Part shown: positions 21,442 through 32,376 of the stretch, piece by piece | How the letters are laid out: each line of letters begins with the position of its first letter | Numbering within the stretch: the first letter of the stretch is position 1 | IMG/VR virus record: IMGVR_UViG_3300014204_000129 | Location: 47,444-111,443 of that record | DNA: 64,000 bases | Reading direction: 5' to 3' (one strand) | Source of the DNA: a virus | Lineage: Duplodnaviria; Caudoviricetes | Translations under genes and position numbers: made by a program | The notes under the pieces: generated by a model | The model's input: the letters and a program-made list of their open reading frames with translations, nothing else | Told to the model about the DNA's origin: nothing | Databases searched by the model: none

Positions 21442-22952
21442 TAATAATATAACTCCCCTTCTAACGTATGTGCGGTATTCACAAGATGATGATATCCAAT
21501 AATAAAATAACTATCTGATTCAAAGTAATACCCAGCATCTACAAGTGTTAGAGACATATTATACTTTGGCCCAGCATAAGTTATTCCAATAACATAGAAT
21601 GCATGTGCGGATAGATTAGCATTCACAGAAGTAACAAGTACTGTATCACCGACTTGCAACAATGGGTTAGGTTTAACACCAGATGCTGTTGCTTGTATAC
21701 AAGGGTCTCCTTCAAACCTATCCCGCATCAGAGCAGCTAGTGACTCCGCCTGTTCGGGTGTCTGAATATAGGGGTTACCAGTGAGTCTGTATACTCTAGC
21801 GTGACTAGTAGGATCCTCTTCTACATACTCTACATCAGGCGCCCCCACTAGCACACGTGCACTAACGGTAAATTTACTTAAGTATGCATCCTCTATAGTA
21901 TTTGTATTCTCTATATTTACATTCCAGTGTTCAGCGTGTAAATGAAGTCCCCAGTCAGCTATTGGATCAGGGGCAGTTAACCCATTGTAGGTTATATAGG
22001 CAGAACCTTTGAGATCTGTACCAAAGCCATTTGTTATGATATAATCCACCGAATGCTTATCATAAGCAGGGTCAGAAAATCTAACAACAAAGCTCTTTGT
22101 AGTACCTGCGGGTATAACAATAGTATGACTTAATTCATAGATATCACATAAGGACCCTATATATCTTGGTTGGTAACTTACAATAAAATCATCATACTGA
22201 TTCTTATCAGAAGATACTATATTAAAATCAGTAAAGGTGTTTTGGTCGGTTATAGTCCAAGGTAGAGAGCTCTCCCACTCTGTCCCTGCGATATAAGTAG
22301 GACTGATCCAATATGCTGGTGCCCAGTAATGTACGGTATTACTCTCATCAATATATACAAGACCACCCTCACTTTGTGCGGCTTGTATCATTTGATCAAG
22401 GAGAGGTTCATCATCAAGCCATAGCCAAGGTATAGTTGTTGGGCTATAACCATGTGTAATAAAGCTCATTCCAGCAGCGGTTGCAAGAAGTTCTATCCAC
22501 TGATCAACTCTATAATTCTCATATATAACTGTACTATAACGCTTTTGTAGTAGGGAAGACCCGCCAAAGTCCCTACATTTTACAGATATGCTCATATCCT
22601 TATCATTCTCTGTAAAGGACTTCACTTGCCCCTCAAACACTTCAACTACCACATCCGCGCCGAGAGCATCTATAAAGCCCAGTTCCATCTTAACATTAGC
22701 GTCATATAATATATATGTACCATAGTAACTATAGGCTCCTCCAACATTTGAGATATCAAAAGATAACTCTGTAGAAGTGTCATCTCCAATAGATACTAGG
22801 GGGGTGCTTAAGCTAGTAAGGGTACTGTTATACTTAACTTTACTAACTGTGGTCTTTATATAGCCAGACCCTGTGTCTATGTATATCTTTGCTTTAGGCT
22901 TAAAATGTTGCCCATTAACTATACTAATCATTCCACCAGGATCAGTACGCAT
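21441..22952 (-). CDS. Tail hub (Tal-like) protein
   Basis: VFEGQV..ISVKCRD, GGLVYIDE, NPYIQT..A, NPLLQVGDTV motifs. Confidence 0.65.
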   Translation of the reverse strand: MRTDPGGMISIVNGQHFKPKAKIYIDTGSGYIKTTVSKVKYNSTLTSLSTPLVSIGDDTSTELSFDISNVGGAYSYYGTYILYDANVKMELGFIDALGADVVVEVFEGQVKSFTENDKDMSISVKCRDFGGSSLLQKRYSTVIYENYRVDQWIELLATAAGMSFITHGYSPTTIPWLWLDDEPLLDQMIQAAQSEGGLVYIDESNTVHYWAPAYWISPTYIAGTEWESSLPWTITDQNTFTDFNIVSSDKNQYDDFIVSYQPRYIGSLCDIYELSHTIVIPAGTTKSFVVRFSDPAYDKHSVDYIITNGFGTDLKGSAYITYNGLTAPDPIADWGLHLHAEHWNVNIENTNTIEDAYLSKFTVSARVLVGAPDVEYVEEDPTSHARVYRLTGNPYIQTPEQAESLAALMRDRFEGDPCIQATASGVKPNPLLQVGDTVLVTSVNANLSAHAFYVIGITYAGPKYNMSLTLVDAGYYFESDSYFIIGYHHLVNTAHTLEGELYY

Positions 22953-23371
22953 TACGTTACCACCAATCTATCAGTTTCAATCTTCATAGTGATTTCATAT
23001 AAACCTGGAGCATCGTGCTTAGTAGTAGAATTAACACTAACTACTATCCCACTATACGTATTTTCATTATATACAATATCTACAGGCATAGTTTGACTAT
23101 AGGCACTAAGTAGAGCATTCCTAGCAGTAGTACCTATAACAACAAAGTCATAAGTATATTCTATCCAATAGCTACTTCTACCTGCATTCTCAACAACACC
23201 CTCACTAGTAGTTCTAATAGTTCTATTAAGTGGTATACCTTCAGACACTTTTATAGGATCAGATAGATTAGTAGCTGTTCCAATATCCATTACTCTTTCA
23301 CCATATAGTAAACTGTACGAAATATAGCTAGAAGCACCATACTTACGGTAAAAGTATCCAATATACACCAC
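22952..23371 (-). CDS. Distal tail (Dit-like) protein; true start probably 23290
   Basis: Position before the hub; shares a pattern with the C-terminal domains of the two upstream tail genes. Confidence 0.5.
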   Translation of the reverse strand: MVYIGYFYRKYGASSYISYSLLYGERVMDIGTATNLSDPIKVSEGIPLNRTIRTTSEGVVENAGRSSYWIEYTYDFVVIGTTARNALLSAYSQTMPVDIVYNENTYSGIVVSVNSTTKHDAPGLYEITMKIETDRLVVT

Positions 23372-23971
23372 ACTCCCTCAGGCACATTTACTAGAAAAGT
23401 TAATAGTTCTGAGAAAGAGGAGACTGTTATAGAGAGAAATAATAGAATCAGGATGGCTCTCTCTACACCATCCTTTTTATGAATAAAGATGGCGGTCATC
23501 ATGGTACCTAGTATTACTATTATAGAAAGCTCTAATGCTCGAATAATATTAAATAACTCCATTAATTCCTCTTTCTAGTTCTCTTTGTACTGTCCGACGG
23601 GTATCTGACATATATCGTTGTATTGATAGGAAACTCTTGTCCACTTCTATGTCACAAAGCTTCTTCTCCCGCACCACCTCGCGTATAATCTTAGTTGTTC
23701 TCATATTTAACATTTTCATAATAGCCGTAAGCATTTATTTTTGCCTCTTTAGAGCCTCACACAGCTCTGACCACTTCTGTAGTAATGTCACAGTGGCCTC
23801 AAGCTCATTAAGAGTCTTGATGAGTTCACCTATCTTTGTATTATAATCTTTAGTTAGCCCTATGATAGTTTTAAGATCTTCTTGATGTTGCTTCCATAGG
23901 ATAATAATAGCAGCAGAAAGTGAGAGTGCCACAGGAGCGAATAGTTGCCAGTCCTTCCAGTCTATGCTCAT
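23290..23971 (-). CDS. Three small genes: multi-TM protein (23290-23562), 23549-23734, and holin-like TM plus coiled coil (23735-23971)
   Basis: Hydrophobic helices; translational coupling. Confidence 0.55.
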
Positions 23972-25485
23972 TCTACTATCCTAAAACTAATCTCATATAA
24001 AAATCCAGAGTCTGAGTATGATAAGAACTTACACTGCCAACCCTCAGTATACCCAGTAATGGTAGTACCAGAGGGCAACTCTATTACAGAAGTCTTTCCA
24101 TTACACGCAGATAGATAAACAGACAGTAAGTATTCCATAACCGCTTGTGTGACACAACTCCATGTATAATTATAAGTTATCTTACTAATAGTCTCATCAT
24201 AAACTAATGCTTTGCCGTCCTCGGTACGTTCAGTATCACGCTTACCCACACTTACTTGTTTTTTAGAAAAGTATGGTAGAGAGTATAATATTTCATCACT
24301 GTTTGCATCTACTATGCCCTTTAGATCAATCTGAGGGGAATACCAGTGTTGGTTACTAGGATAAACATATCCTACTCCACCCCAATTCATGTATAAGCAG
24401 TATTCCTTAGTAACAACTGGCCAAGTAAGAGATACAGTTTTCACCAACTCGTAGTCTAGATATAGATAAAGAGTGGAATTCTCATAATCTACCATTATTG
24501 ATACATTCTGCCAAGTTTGTGGCCTATCCCAAGTATAAGCCGCATTACTGTCATACATCGGTGTGCCATAAGTAGAACTATAATCTATATAAAGCTTATC
24601 TGTAGTATGGTTATAAGCAACTATTAATGGGTGGTAATATGTACTTGGTATAGAATTATGCTCTAGTTCTATCTCAAACACTGTATTATCTCTATTATAA
24701 CTATTTATCATTCTAATATCAAATGATATAATCTGCTGATAGTTTATAGGTAATGTTTTTGATAGTACAGACTCTTCGGTAAAGTGTATATAATTATCAT
24801 AGAGTTCAGGTTTAGTAACATATGTTCCAAAAGAAGTTGAGTAGTACTTATACCAACTAGTAGTAAGAAATGATGCTGTAAAGGGTTCATAGTCTTGGCC
24901 GGTACTAGTTACATGATCATCTATTGTTAGACTATCCACATAGAAATCTACATTGGTATTATAGCTCCAAACATTGAACCAGAACTCATCCTCCCAATAT
25001 GGTATATATTCTTCATATAGTCTTTGATTGCCTATTACAAGCACATCGTCTACCCATAAAGAATATGTACCTAATGATATCTTATCTAGTTCAAATCTAA
25101 ACTCTTGCCAGGATGTTGGACGGCTCTCTGACCATAAAACAGTACCATACTCATCTTCTATAAATAGCTCATCTGTGGTTGCATTATATTCTAACCCTGT
25201 ATTCCAAGCCGCAAGAGTAAAAAGCATATAATCATCAGCAGTAGCTGAGTCCATCTTAAGATAAAACTCTATAGTAAATATTGCATACCAGTGTGGGTAC
25301 CAATAGCCAAGCAGTGGTTGGAGGCCATCACTGCCTGTACTATAGAAGTGCCCACAGTTACCAGATACCCCCCCACCTACTATAGAGAAATCCTCTGCGG
25401 TGCCGTTTGGGCTGTACTGAGTATCTATATCACCTACAGTTGTCTCAAACTCTGTATCTAAGTTAATATGATATGGTGAGAGCAT
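23968..25485 (-). CDS. Tail protein with lectin-like beta-sandwich repeats and C-terminal Dit-like domain
   Basis: Repeated YN.TTD.L.I...YGT...W..RP..WQ; C-terminal RDTERTEDGKALVYD. Confidence 0.55.
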   Translation of the reverse strand: MLSPYHINLDTEFETTVGDIDTQYSPNGTAEDFSIVGGGVSGNCGHFYSTGSDGLQPLLGYWYPHWYAIFTIEFYLKMDSATADDYMLFTLAAWNTGLEYNATTDELFIEDEYGTVLWSESRPTSWQEFRFELDKISLGTYSLWVDDVLVIGNQRLYEEYIPYWEDEFWFNVWSYNTNVDFYVDSLTIDDHVTSTGQDYEPFTASFLTTSWYKYYSTSFGTYVTKPELYDNYIHFTEESVLSKTLPINYQQIISFDIRMINSYNRDNTVFEIELEHNSIPSTYYHPLIVAYNHTTDKLYIDYSSTYGTPMYDSNAAYTWDRPQTWQNVSIMVDYENSTLYLYLDYELVKTVSLTWPVVTKEYCLYMNWGGVGYVYPSNQHWYSPQIDLKGIVDANSDEILYSLPYFSKKQVSVGKRDTERTEDGKALVYDETISKITYNYTWSCVTQAVMEYLLSVYLSACNGKTSVIELPSGTTITGYTEGWQCKFLSYSDSGFLYEISFRIVE

Positions 25486-25487
25486 TA

Positions 25488-26744
25488 TTACGGTCCCGCA
25501 CTTGTGGCTATTATATCAAAAGATACTGACCATATACTTGTACCAATACTAGCATGTAAATATTTACAAGACCAGTTATTAGTATATGCTAAATAAGTAT
25601 TCCCTTCTTCATTAACAAACATTACTGTACCATTATAAGCTGATAGATAAGCATCACGAAGGTCGTCTACCTGCTCTGTTGTTACTGGCTCCCATGTATA
25701 ACTAAAGCGTATTCTATACAAAGGGTCATCATAGATTAGTGCTTTACCATCTTCAGTGCGTTCTATATCACGATTGCTCAATTCACGCTTTGGTGAACCG
25801 GGTTTGGCATAAGGCAGCATCGTGCCCGCTAATGCTAATGAAGCAGTTGGAAAAGTAACGTCTGCATAAACCAATGTTTTCATACATGGTACAGAAATGG
25901 TTGTAATAACAGATAGATCACTGGGGTCTATCTTTGATAGATAATAGGAGTTCCAACCCCAGCAACAGTATAAATATCCATCATAATATAATAATGATTG
26001 TACTGTATACATGTCGGTACTGCTAGCAAGCACCAACATATCACTAGGATCTATCTTCCATATAGGAGCTACAGTAGACTGAGCGAGATTATAGCACCCC
26101 CCACAGTACAGATATGTACCATCAGAAATCAAGGCATTGATAGTAGTGCCATATACACTTGTAGAATCAACTTCTGTCATGTCAGATATTTGATTCTTAG
26201 ATACGTCTTTCCACCAGTTAGCAGCAATATACAAATGTGTACCATCGGATACTATTACATTTACATTACCACTGTGTGCATTACTATTTGCTATGAAACT
26301 TAGATCACTCTTTGCCAACTTCCATACATTATCTAATGGATTATTGCCCCCACAGAATACATAATTATCATCAGCAGTTATTGCACTTATTTCAGATCCA
26401 TAGTCAGGCCCTTCTGCAACCTTGGTCATATCACTAGTATCTATCTTTATTGGTATACCATTACCGCTCTCTGTATAAATATAACCGTCTAAATATGCAA
26501 TTGCCATTACCTGACTACCATAACTAAGGGATGTGGCTACTGTTTCTAGCCCATTACAAGCTATCTTATATATAGTACTATCAGTGTCAGAGAATGATCC
26601 TATATATAAATATGTGCCATCTGTTGTCATAGCAAAACTTGATGTTGGAAGTGCCATATTATATATAAGTTTCATAGTAGATAGTTCTACCATTGGTATA
26701 CTACCCGGATAATTTGGGTTAACACCTACTATACAAGCTACCAT
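25488..26744 (-). CDS. Beta-propeller tail protein with C-terminal Dit-like domain
   Basis: About 40-aa repeats SDGTYLY..KIDPSD; C-terminal RDIERTEDGKALIYD. Confidence 0.65.
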   Translation of the reverse strand: MVACIVGVNPNYPGSIPMVELSTMKLIYNMALPTSSFAMTTDGTYLYIGSFSDTDSTIYKIACNGLETVATSLSYGSQVMAIAYLDGYIYTESGNGIPIKIDTSDMTKVAEGPDYGSEISAITADDNYVFCGGNNPLDNVWKLAKSDLSFIANSNAHSGNVNVIVSDGTHLYIAANWWKDVSKNQISDMTEVDSTSVYGTTINALISDGTYLYCGGCYNLAQSTVAPIWKIDPSDMLVLASSTDMYTVQSLLYYDGYLYCCWGWNSYYLSKIDPSDLSVITTISVPCMKTLVYADVTFPTASLALAGTMLPYAKPGSPKRELSNRDIERTEDGKALIYDDPLYRIRFSYTWEPVTTEQVDDLRDAYLSAYNGTVMFVNEEGNTYLAYTNNWSCKYLHASIGTSIWSVSFDIIATSAGP

Positions 26745-29700
26745 TATTCCTCATCCTCATCATCATTCTCATTAGGAGGAGTATAGACAGCAACCCATCT
26801 CTTCAATATTTCTAACTGTACTTCTTCGCTGGCGCTATCTATATAATCAAGTAAACCTATCTTAATATAGTCACCTATACTACCCCCACCAGCCTTGAAA
26901 CCATCCTCATTATTTGTCACATCAGTAATCAGTGAATAGAGAACTATTCTGCCTAGCCCAGCCTCGTCAGCTTGTGCCTGGAAGCCGTCTCGAATAACAC
27001 TGAACATTTGCAGTGACTTTGCAGCTTCAGGAGAGAGTGTAATGCCTAACGCTGTTTGTACCTCAGCCTCAGTAATACCTAACCCTTGCGCCTCAGCCAT
27101 CTGCATAGCTGTCTCTTTTATGCCTTCCCAGTTGGCCTTAGACTGTATTTGTTCTTGTAGGTTGGTTATGAATGCTCCCCAGTCAATCATCTCAGGGTGC
27201 ATACCAAGCTGGAACTCACGAGCAAGGTTTGCCGCCCATGCCTTCACCGCATCATCTCCTAACTGCATTACTTCAGGGGGAGGCACAAATACCTTTGCCC
27301 AAGGACTCTCACCACCACGATTTACTATGTCAACTACCTGTCTAAACTTCTCGTCCCAAGTAGGGGTATGACCAATACCCTTTGCAGCAGCATCAGCACC
27401 TTGGCCAACCTTATCATAAGCGGTGGTCATGTTGTCCATCCAATCAGTATAGTCAAAATCTATGGTAAAGTCTAGTTGGCTACTTACTAGATCCTTCCAA
27501 CTACTTATTAAGCTATTTAGCTCTTGTTTTACCTTAGAGTTACTCTCTGCGGCACCCTCAGATACATAATCCCAAACACTATTTATTTCCTCACCAGCTT
27601 CTGTATACTTCTTTACATAGTAAGCACTCTCCTCATCAGCATTACCAAACACACTATGAGGTTGTGCAGTGAGTGCAGGATCGGTGATCTTAGCAATATA
27701 TTCATCTATAGCTGCTGTTGCGGCAGATGTGCTTTCATAAGTGATGGTACCAACTTCCTGGGCACTCCTTGCTGCCCCATCTTCCGCTGTCTTTACCCTA
27801 TCAACACCAGCTCTGACCCTATTTATACCGGTTACTACTCCACTCCAACTCTTCTTTATATCATTTACAACACTATCCCATGTACCAAGAGATTCATAAG
27901 CACCTTGTATCGAAACATTTACAGAATCCCAATCAATACCACCAGTCGGGTGCATCCCTAATAATGTAAATGCCTTATTAAGTAATTCATCAGCTATTTG
28001 TGCTAGTTTTACCACAGAGTCTACTACTGCTAATATTGCATATAATGGTGCCTTAGTTGAAGTAACTATTAGAGTAGCTGATGTAACTGCTATAGAGGAT
28101 ATTGCTTGTATAATACCCTGTATTACTTCCGCCGCACCCGTAACCTTTAGATAAAATTCTGTACTAGATTTAGTAATAAGGGCCGCATAATCTGCTGCCT
28201 GCTCTGCAAAAGATGTTTTCTTTTCAGTAGTAACCTCCCTCATAGCTTCCTGAACAACACCCCAGTTACTAACCATTGATCGAGCAGCAACTGCAAAGGC
28301 ACTGCCGATACCTACAACTAGTGCAGAGATTTTACCGATAACTACTTGAGCATCTGCCAGTATTTGCCCCCAATCGGTACTAGTTGCCCAAGATTCCATA
28401 CCAGCAGCTATATCCTCTATAACTGTTGTAATAGCAGGTAGTTTTCCTATTATATTATCAATCCAAGAAACCAGCTCAGTGGATAACTTTCCTGTTATAC
28501 CAGAGATGCCCGCCACTAATTTACCATAGTCAATATTACCAAATAGATTACTTAATGCTTCTCTTATAGGTTTTAATTGTGGAGTTATAACACCCGCTAA
28601 TGGTGCTAATAAATTCTCCCATATGGGCTTACCAACACCAGCCTTTATTTCACTAAGAGCACTTGTAAACCCGGTTATCATAGCTTTGGGTGTGCTTAAG
28701 TACTCTGTAGAAGTCGCCCCAAGCTGCGCAATAGTCTCATTCAGTACTTCCTGCATAACTGCCGCACGGCTAGTACCCTTCTCCACGTTATCCATTACTA
28801 TACCATATTCACGCAGAGACTTAGTACCTTCACTTGTTAGTCCAATGCCACTTGCTAGAGCCTGCGCAGCAGCTTCCATTGTTATGTTATTACGGGCTGC
28901 GATAGCAGCAGTAGCTTCAAGACCTTTATTTAGCGGTATTTGATTCTTACGTAGGGTAATTATAGCAGTTGCTACATCATCTGTTGTACGTCCAAACCTA
29001 GAAGCGGCGCCCTCAGCAGTAGCTAGTCCACTTGCAGCGCTACCTAGCATCTCCAGGGAAGTTGCAAGTTCTAACACACGTTCTTTTGAGTCCCTAACAG
29101 AACTTACTATAAAGTCTGTAAAGGTTTCTGCAAGTTTCTTGCCCACTGCGACTAAAGCATTTATTAGTGTCTTACCTAACTCAAGCGCGAGATCAATAAC
29201 TGCCTTTCCTAACGCTTTAGCTGCCCGTATGGCCAAGAATATAGGGGATAGTAGTGCCGTCACTGCAAGCATTATGCCTAGTGTCTTGGTGCTAGCAAAC
29301 ATCATGCTCATAGCCATGCCTTGGATATTACCAGTAGCTACAGCTAGAGACATGTTTACACCTTGTAGTACACCACCAGCTTTAGACATAACGAGCCAGG
29401 TACCACGAGACTGCTTCTCATGATTACGATAAGCATTAGTAGCATTGTTTACTTCAAGGGTTTGGCGTTGTATCTGAGGATTTAACTCTGCTAAAGATAT
29501 CTCGTAGTCTCGTATTGCTACATAGGCAGCCTTTAGAGCATCTTTTTCCACATCTAGGGAAGCTGCAAAGTCGCGCATGTCCTGCGCTATGCCAGGCTGG
29601 AGAGGTATAGCCTCGGCTGCCTTTTGTGCATCTGACATAGCTGCCCATGCCTTATTACCAACCTTAGCCTGTGCGGCAGCCATAGCCTCTTTCTGCACTA

Positions 29701-30040
29701 ACTGTGTCATGTTGCTATTAATACGTGCTATAACACCCTCTAATCTATAGTATTGTGCATATATGTTCTTAGCATTGGCTGTACTAGGAAACTGCTCCAT
29801 ACGACGTAGGTTGTTAATCACCTGACCAACTTGAGAGTGTACCTTACTCCAAGCTACAGGCAGGGAAGTTGCCGCAGTCTTTGCAGAGTTATTAATACTA
29901 GCCTGCATTTGATTAAAGGATGCAGCAACAGTTTTCTGCGCAGATGTTAACTGAGCCTCTATATCTAACTTAATCTTTCGTAGATCGCCAGCATCAGATT
30001 GTAGTTTGAATATTGCGCCATATGTTATATTAGCTGCCAC
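26744..30040 (-). CDS. Tape measure protein
   Basis: 1098 aa, Ala-rich helical, hydrophobic segment, SLREYGI motif, position. Confidence 0.85.
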   Translation of the reverse strand: MAANITYGAIFKLQSDAGDLRKIKLDIEAQLTSAQKTVAASFNQMQASINNSAKTAATSLPVAWSKVHSQVGQVINNLRRMEQFPSTANAKNIYAQYYRLEGVIARINSNMTQLVQKEAMAAAQAKVGNKAWAAMSDAQKAAEAIPLQPGIAQDMRDFAASLDVEKDALKAAYVAIRDYEISLAELNPQIQRQTLEVNNATNAYRNHEKQSRGTWLVMSKAGGVLQGVNMSLAVATGNIQGMAMSMMFASTKTLGIMLAVTALLSPIFLAIRAAKALGKAVIDLALELGKTLINALVAVGKKLAETFTDFIVSSVRDSKERVLELATSLEMLGSAASGLATAEGAASRFGRTTDDVATAIITLRKNQIPLNKGLEATAAIAARNNITMEAAAQALASGIGLTSEGTKSLREYGIVMDNVEKGTSRAAVMQEVLNETIAQLGATSTEYLSTPKAMITGFTSALSEIKAGVGKPIWENLLAPLAGVITPQLKPIREALSNLFGNIDYGKLVAGISGITGKLSTELVSWIDNIIGKLPAITTVIEDIAAGMESWATSTDWGQILADAQVVIGKISALVVGIGSAFAVAARSMVSNWGVVQEAMREVTTEKKTSFAEQAADYAALITKSSTEFYLKVTGAAEVIQGIIQAISSIAVTSATLIVTSTKAPLYAILAVVDSVVKLAQIADELLNKAFTLLGMHPTGGIDWDSVNVSIQGAYESLGTWDSVVNDIKKSWSGVVTGINRVRAGVDRVKTAEDGAARSAQEVGTITYESTSAATAAIDEYIAKITDPALTAQPHSVFGNADEESAYYVKKYTEAGEEINSVWDYVSEGAAESNSKVKQELNSLISSWKDLVSSQLDFTIDFDYTDWMDNMTTAYDKVGQGADAAAKGIGHTPTWDEKFRQVVDIVNRGGESPWAKVFVPPPEVMQLGDDAVKAWAANLAREFQLGMHPEMIDWGAFITNLQEQIQSKANWEGIKETAMQMAEAQGLGITEAEVQTALGITLSPEAAKSLQMFSVIRDGFQAQADEAGLGRIVLYSLITDVTNNEDGFKAGGGSIGDYIKIGLLDYIDSASEEVQLEILKRWVAVYTPPNENDDEDEE

Positions 30041-30559
30041 TTATGGACCACCAGTATTCTTCTTAATTATAATTAAACCTTTAGACCTAAGCATCTGTAA
30101 TATCTTTGGCTCCCACTTAGTCGTCGCTTGTACTCGTTTAAGAGTGCCCATCTTTGCTTTAGCAATCATAGCCTTCGGCGGTATTCCATGTGCTACAGCC
30201 CAAGCTGTTAACCGTGCCTTGGCGTCTTTCCCCAGTAAGGCCGGGGCTGCTCCCCTGTCTAATGGAACTACATATCTAGTTGGAGGATTGGCATCGCGAG
30301 TAGGAACTTTTGGTCCGGCTGCCCACTCGCTACTAATTCCAATATAAGAGGTAAAACCTAATGGGCCTTCTCTAACGGTTTTATAGTTGAAAGAGCTATC
30401 TAGTGCACCTGTCCAGGTATTACTAGAGAACTCTTTCCGCATTAGATCCTTAGCATCATTAGATAATTCTTGTACAGAGCGTTCTAGTCCAGCACCAAGT
30501 TTACCTAAAAACGCGGCGGACGTGTCCGTTCTGAGCTCTATTTTTACTACTATTGGCAC
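30041..30559 (-). CDS. HK97 gp10-like tail completion protein
   Basis: TGALDSSF motif, basic. Confidence 0.55.
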   Translation of the reverse strand: MPIVVKIELRTDTSAAFLGKLGAGLERSVQELSNDAKDLMRKEFSSNTWTGALDSSFNYKTVREGPLGFTSYIGISSEWAAGPKVPTRDANPPTRYVVPLDRGAAPALLGKDAKARLTAWAVAHGIPPKAMIAKAKMGTLKRVQATTKWEPKILQMLRSKGLIIIKKNTGGP

Positions 30560-30709
30560 TTCGCTTCTCCGCCTTTCCCTTAGCTGCTAAGTAATAAAAT
30601 ATGTCATTCATTGCCATAGATGACATACTCTCTACTTCATTCTCTGTATAGTGCATCTCTGCCATTAATAGCCCCCGCACTAGGCGATCAGTTGGCCGCC
30701 GCCCTTTCC

Positions 30710-31135
30710 CTAAGAGGTAGAGGTAGTCTTCGTTCTCAACTCCGGGGGGAGCGCTTCATCATTAACCACCTGAATCTGCTTGGAAAGCCAGAATACTATA
30801 TCTACAGGTAACCTGTCTATAACTCCTGGATTATCCTTTGGCAGTGGTAGCTGCACTTCCTCTTCTATATCAGGGTCTGTCAAATTCCAGGCAACTATGC
30901 AATACTTATACATTAGATTAGTAGTAATTGCTTCTGTGCCCTCTTCTTTATTCTCTTCTTCTTTTTTCTCTTCTTCTTTGCTTGAGGCTTCAAATTCCTT
31001 CATAATAGAACGAGGATACCCCGTTATTGGGTATAGTTCAACCCAGAACTCAGGAAGGCCAAACTCTGCTAGATCAACCTTCTTACGTCTACTCGTATAA
31101 AACTTATTCCACTTCTTGCTCATTACTAACTCCAA
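30710..31135 (-). CDS. Tail assembly chaperone (start probably 31123), with a -1 frameshift extension to 30501
   Basis: IVAWNLTD..LPLP..IDRLP; C CCC CCG slippery heptamer at 30743-30749. Confidence 0.75.
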   Translation of the reverse strand: MELVMSKKWNKFYTSRRKKVDLAEFGLPEFWVELYPITGYPRSIMKEFEASSKEEEKKEEENKEEGTEAITTNLMYKYCIVAWNLTDPDIEEEVQLPLPKDNPGVIDRLPVDIVFWLSKQIQVVNDEALPPELRTKTTSTS

Positions 31136-31376
31136 GTATAATTGTAGTCAAATGTTTTCTATGTTTCCTAACTATTGCTACAATATCATTCTTTATATGA
31201 TATATCATTACTATGTCTTTGGCCATGCTTGGTAAGTAGCAGGCATCTCTTCCTATATAAGTAGGATGAGGTAGTAGACCGATAGATTCCCAATACTTGA
31301 GTGTTCTATCTGTAATAATTATACCATACTCATCTCTTATTTTAGCAAGTATTTCTTCTCTTGTCAAGTAGTTCAC
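31104..31376 (-). CDS. MerR-like HTH DNA-binding protein
   Basis: ITDRTLKYWESIGLLPHP motif. Confidence 0.75.
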   Translation of the reverse strand: MNYLTREEILAKIRDEYGIIITDRTLKYWESIGLLPHPTYIGRDACYLPSMAKDIVMIYHIKNDIVAIVRKHRKHLTTIILGVSNEQEVE

Positions 31377-31398
31377 AATATTTTGTCCAAATTTATTT

Positions 31399-31428
31399 AA
31401 AAGTAAGGGGGTGCTGCCACCCCATTAC
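31399..31428 (-). terminator. Intrinsic terminator after the tail tube gene
   Basis: GGGGTG-GCAG-CACCCC stem followed by a U-tract. Confidence 0.7.
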
Positions 31429-32364
31429 TTAGCTAGATGTATAGGAGCTCGTTCCGTTGGCAACTACTATTTGACATGGGCCGCTGTCCGTGCTATTATG
31501 CAGGGCACGCCAATTCAATACTAATTGCAGGTTGACGTTGCTGCGGTCTATCTCAGGTGCACTATCGCCATAGTTCATCTTATTTGCAATGAACTTGAAT
31601 TCCTTTGTGCTATTTACGAAGTCCACTTCAAGTAGCTCACTGGTATTATTCAAATAAGCTGTTAGATCTGCCTCAGTCTTGAAGTCCAGAGTCATGGTGC
31701 CTGAAGCTTCCATAGGCCCTACATAAACTTCATGTACAACTTGCGTGTTGGTAGCTGTGTAGACAAGGGTAAGCTCGCGTGCTAGGTTTGCTTCAAATTC
31801 TATTAGATTAGCATACTGAGTATCACTACCCTTAATAATTGCTGCCATCCATCCAGAGAATGCATCATCAGCCGTAGCCGCTGGTACGGTAGCTGTGCTT
31901 GTGCTGTACATTTTTCCAGATAGGCTTGATGTAAAGTCTAATAGTCCTTCTGAACTAGAGAAGGAGAAACCAAACTCACTTACATACATACCAACATATT
32001 GATAGGTATTAATTCCCGGCACATAATCTGTTAGTGCTAACGAATATGGAGTTTCTTCCACGGTAAATGTATGTTCATAGGGCGTCTGAGTACCAGTAGT
32101 GCTCGGACCACCAAAGAACCCAGAAAGTATATAACCAACTTCATCAGGGAATATGTGGCCACTTATTTCACCTGTGGCACTGTATACTCCTTGATATATA
32201 CCAAAGTCTAAAGCAACCTCACCACGTAGGCTTTGGTCAACTGTGTTCTCAAAGGAGAACATCAAATTATATGGTTCAACAGGGAGGTTGATTTGTGGGT
32301 CCGCACCTGCGCCCCAACTAGTTTCGATCCCTATTCCTAACTTAGATAGTGCTGAAAGTGACAT
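31429..32364 (-). CDS. Major tail tube protein
   Basis: LGIGIETSWG, YEHTFT motifs; position. Confidence 0.8.
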   Translation of the reverse strand: MSLSALSKLGIGIETSWGAGADPQINLPVEPYNLMFSFENTVDQSLRGEVALDFGIYQGVYSATGEISGHIFPDEVGYILSGFFGGPSTTGTQTPYEHTFTVEETPYSLALTDYVPGINTYQYVGMYVSEFGFSFSSSEGLLDFTSSLSGKMYSTSTATVPAATADDAFSGWMAAIIKGSDTQYANLIEFEANLARELTLVYTATNTQVVHEVYVGPMEASGTMTLDFKTEADLTAYLNNTSELLEVDFVNSTKEFKFIANKMNYGDSAPEIDRSNVNLQLVLNWRALHNSTDSGPCQIVVANGTSSYTSS

Positions 32365-32376
32365 TATAGCCTCCCA

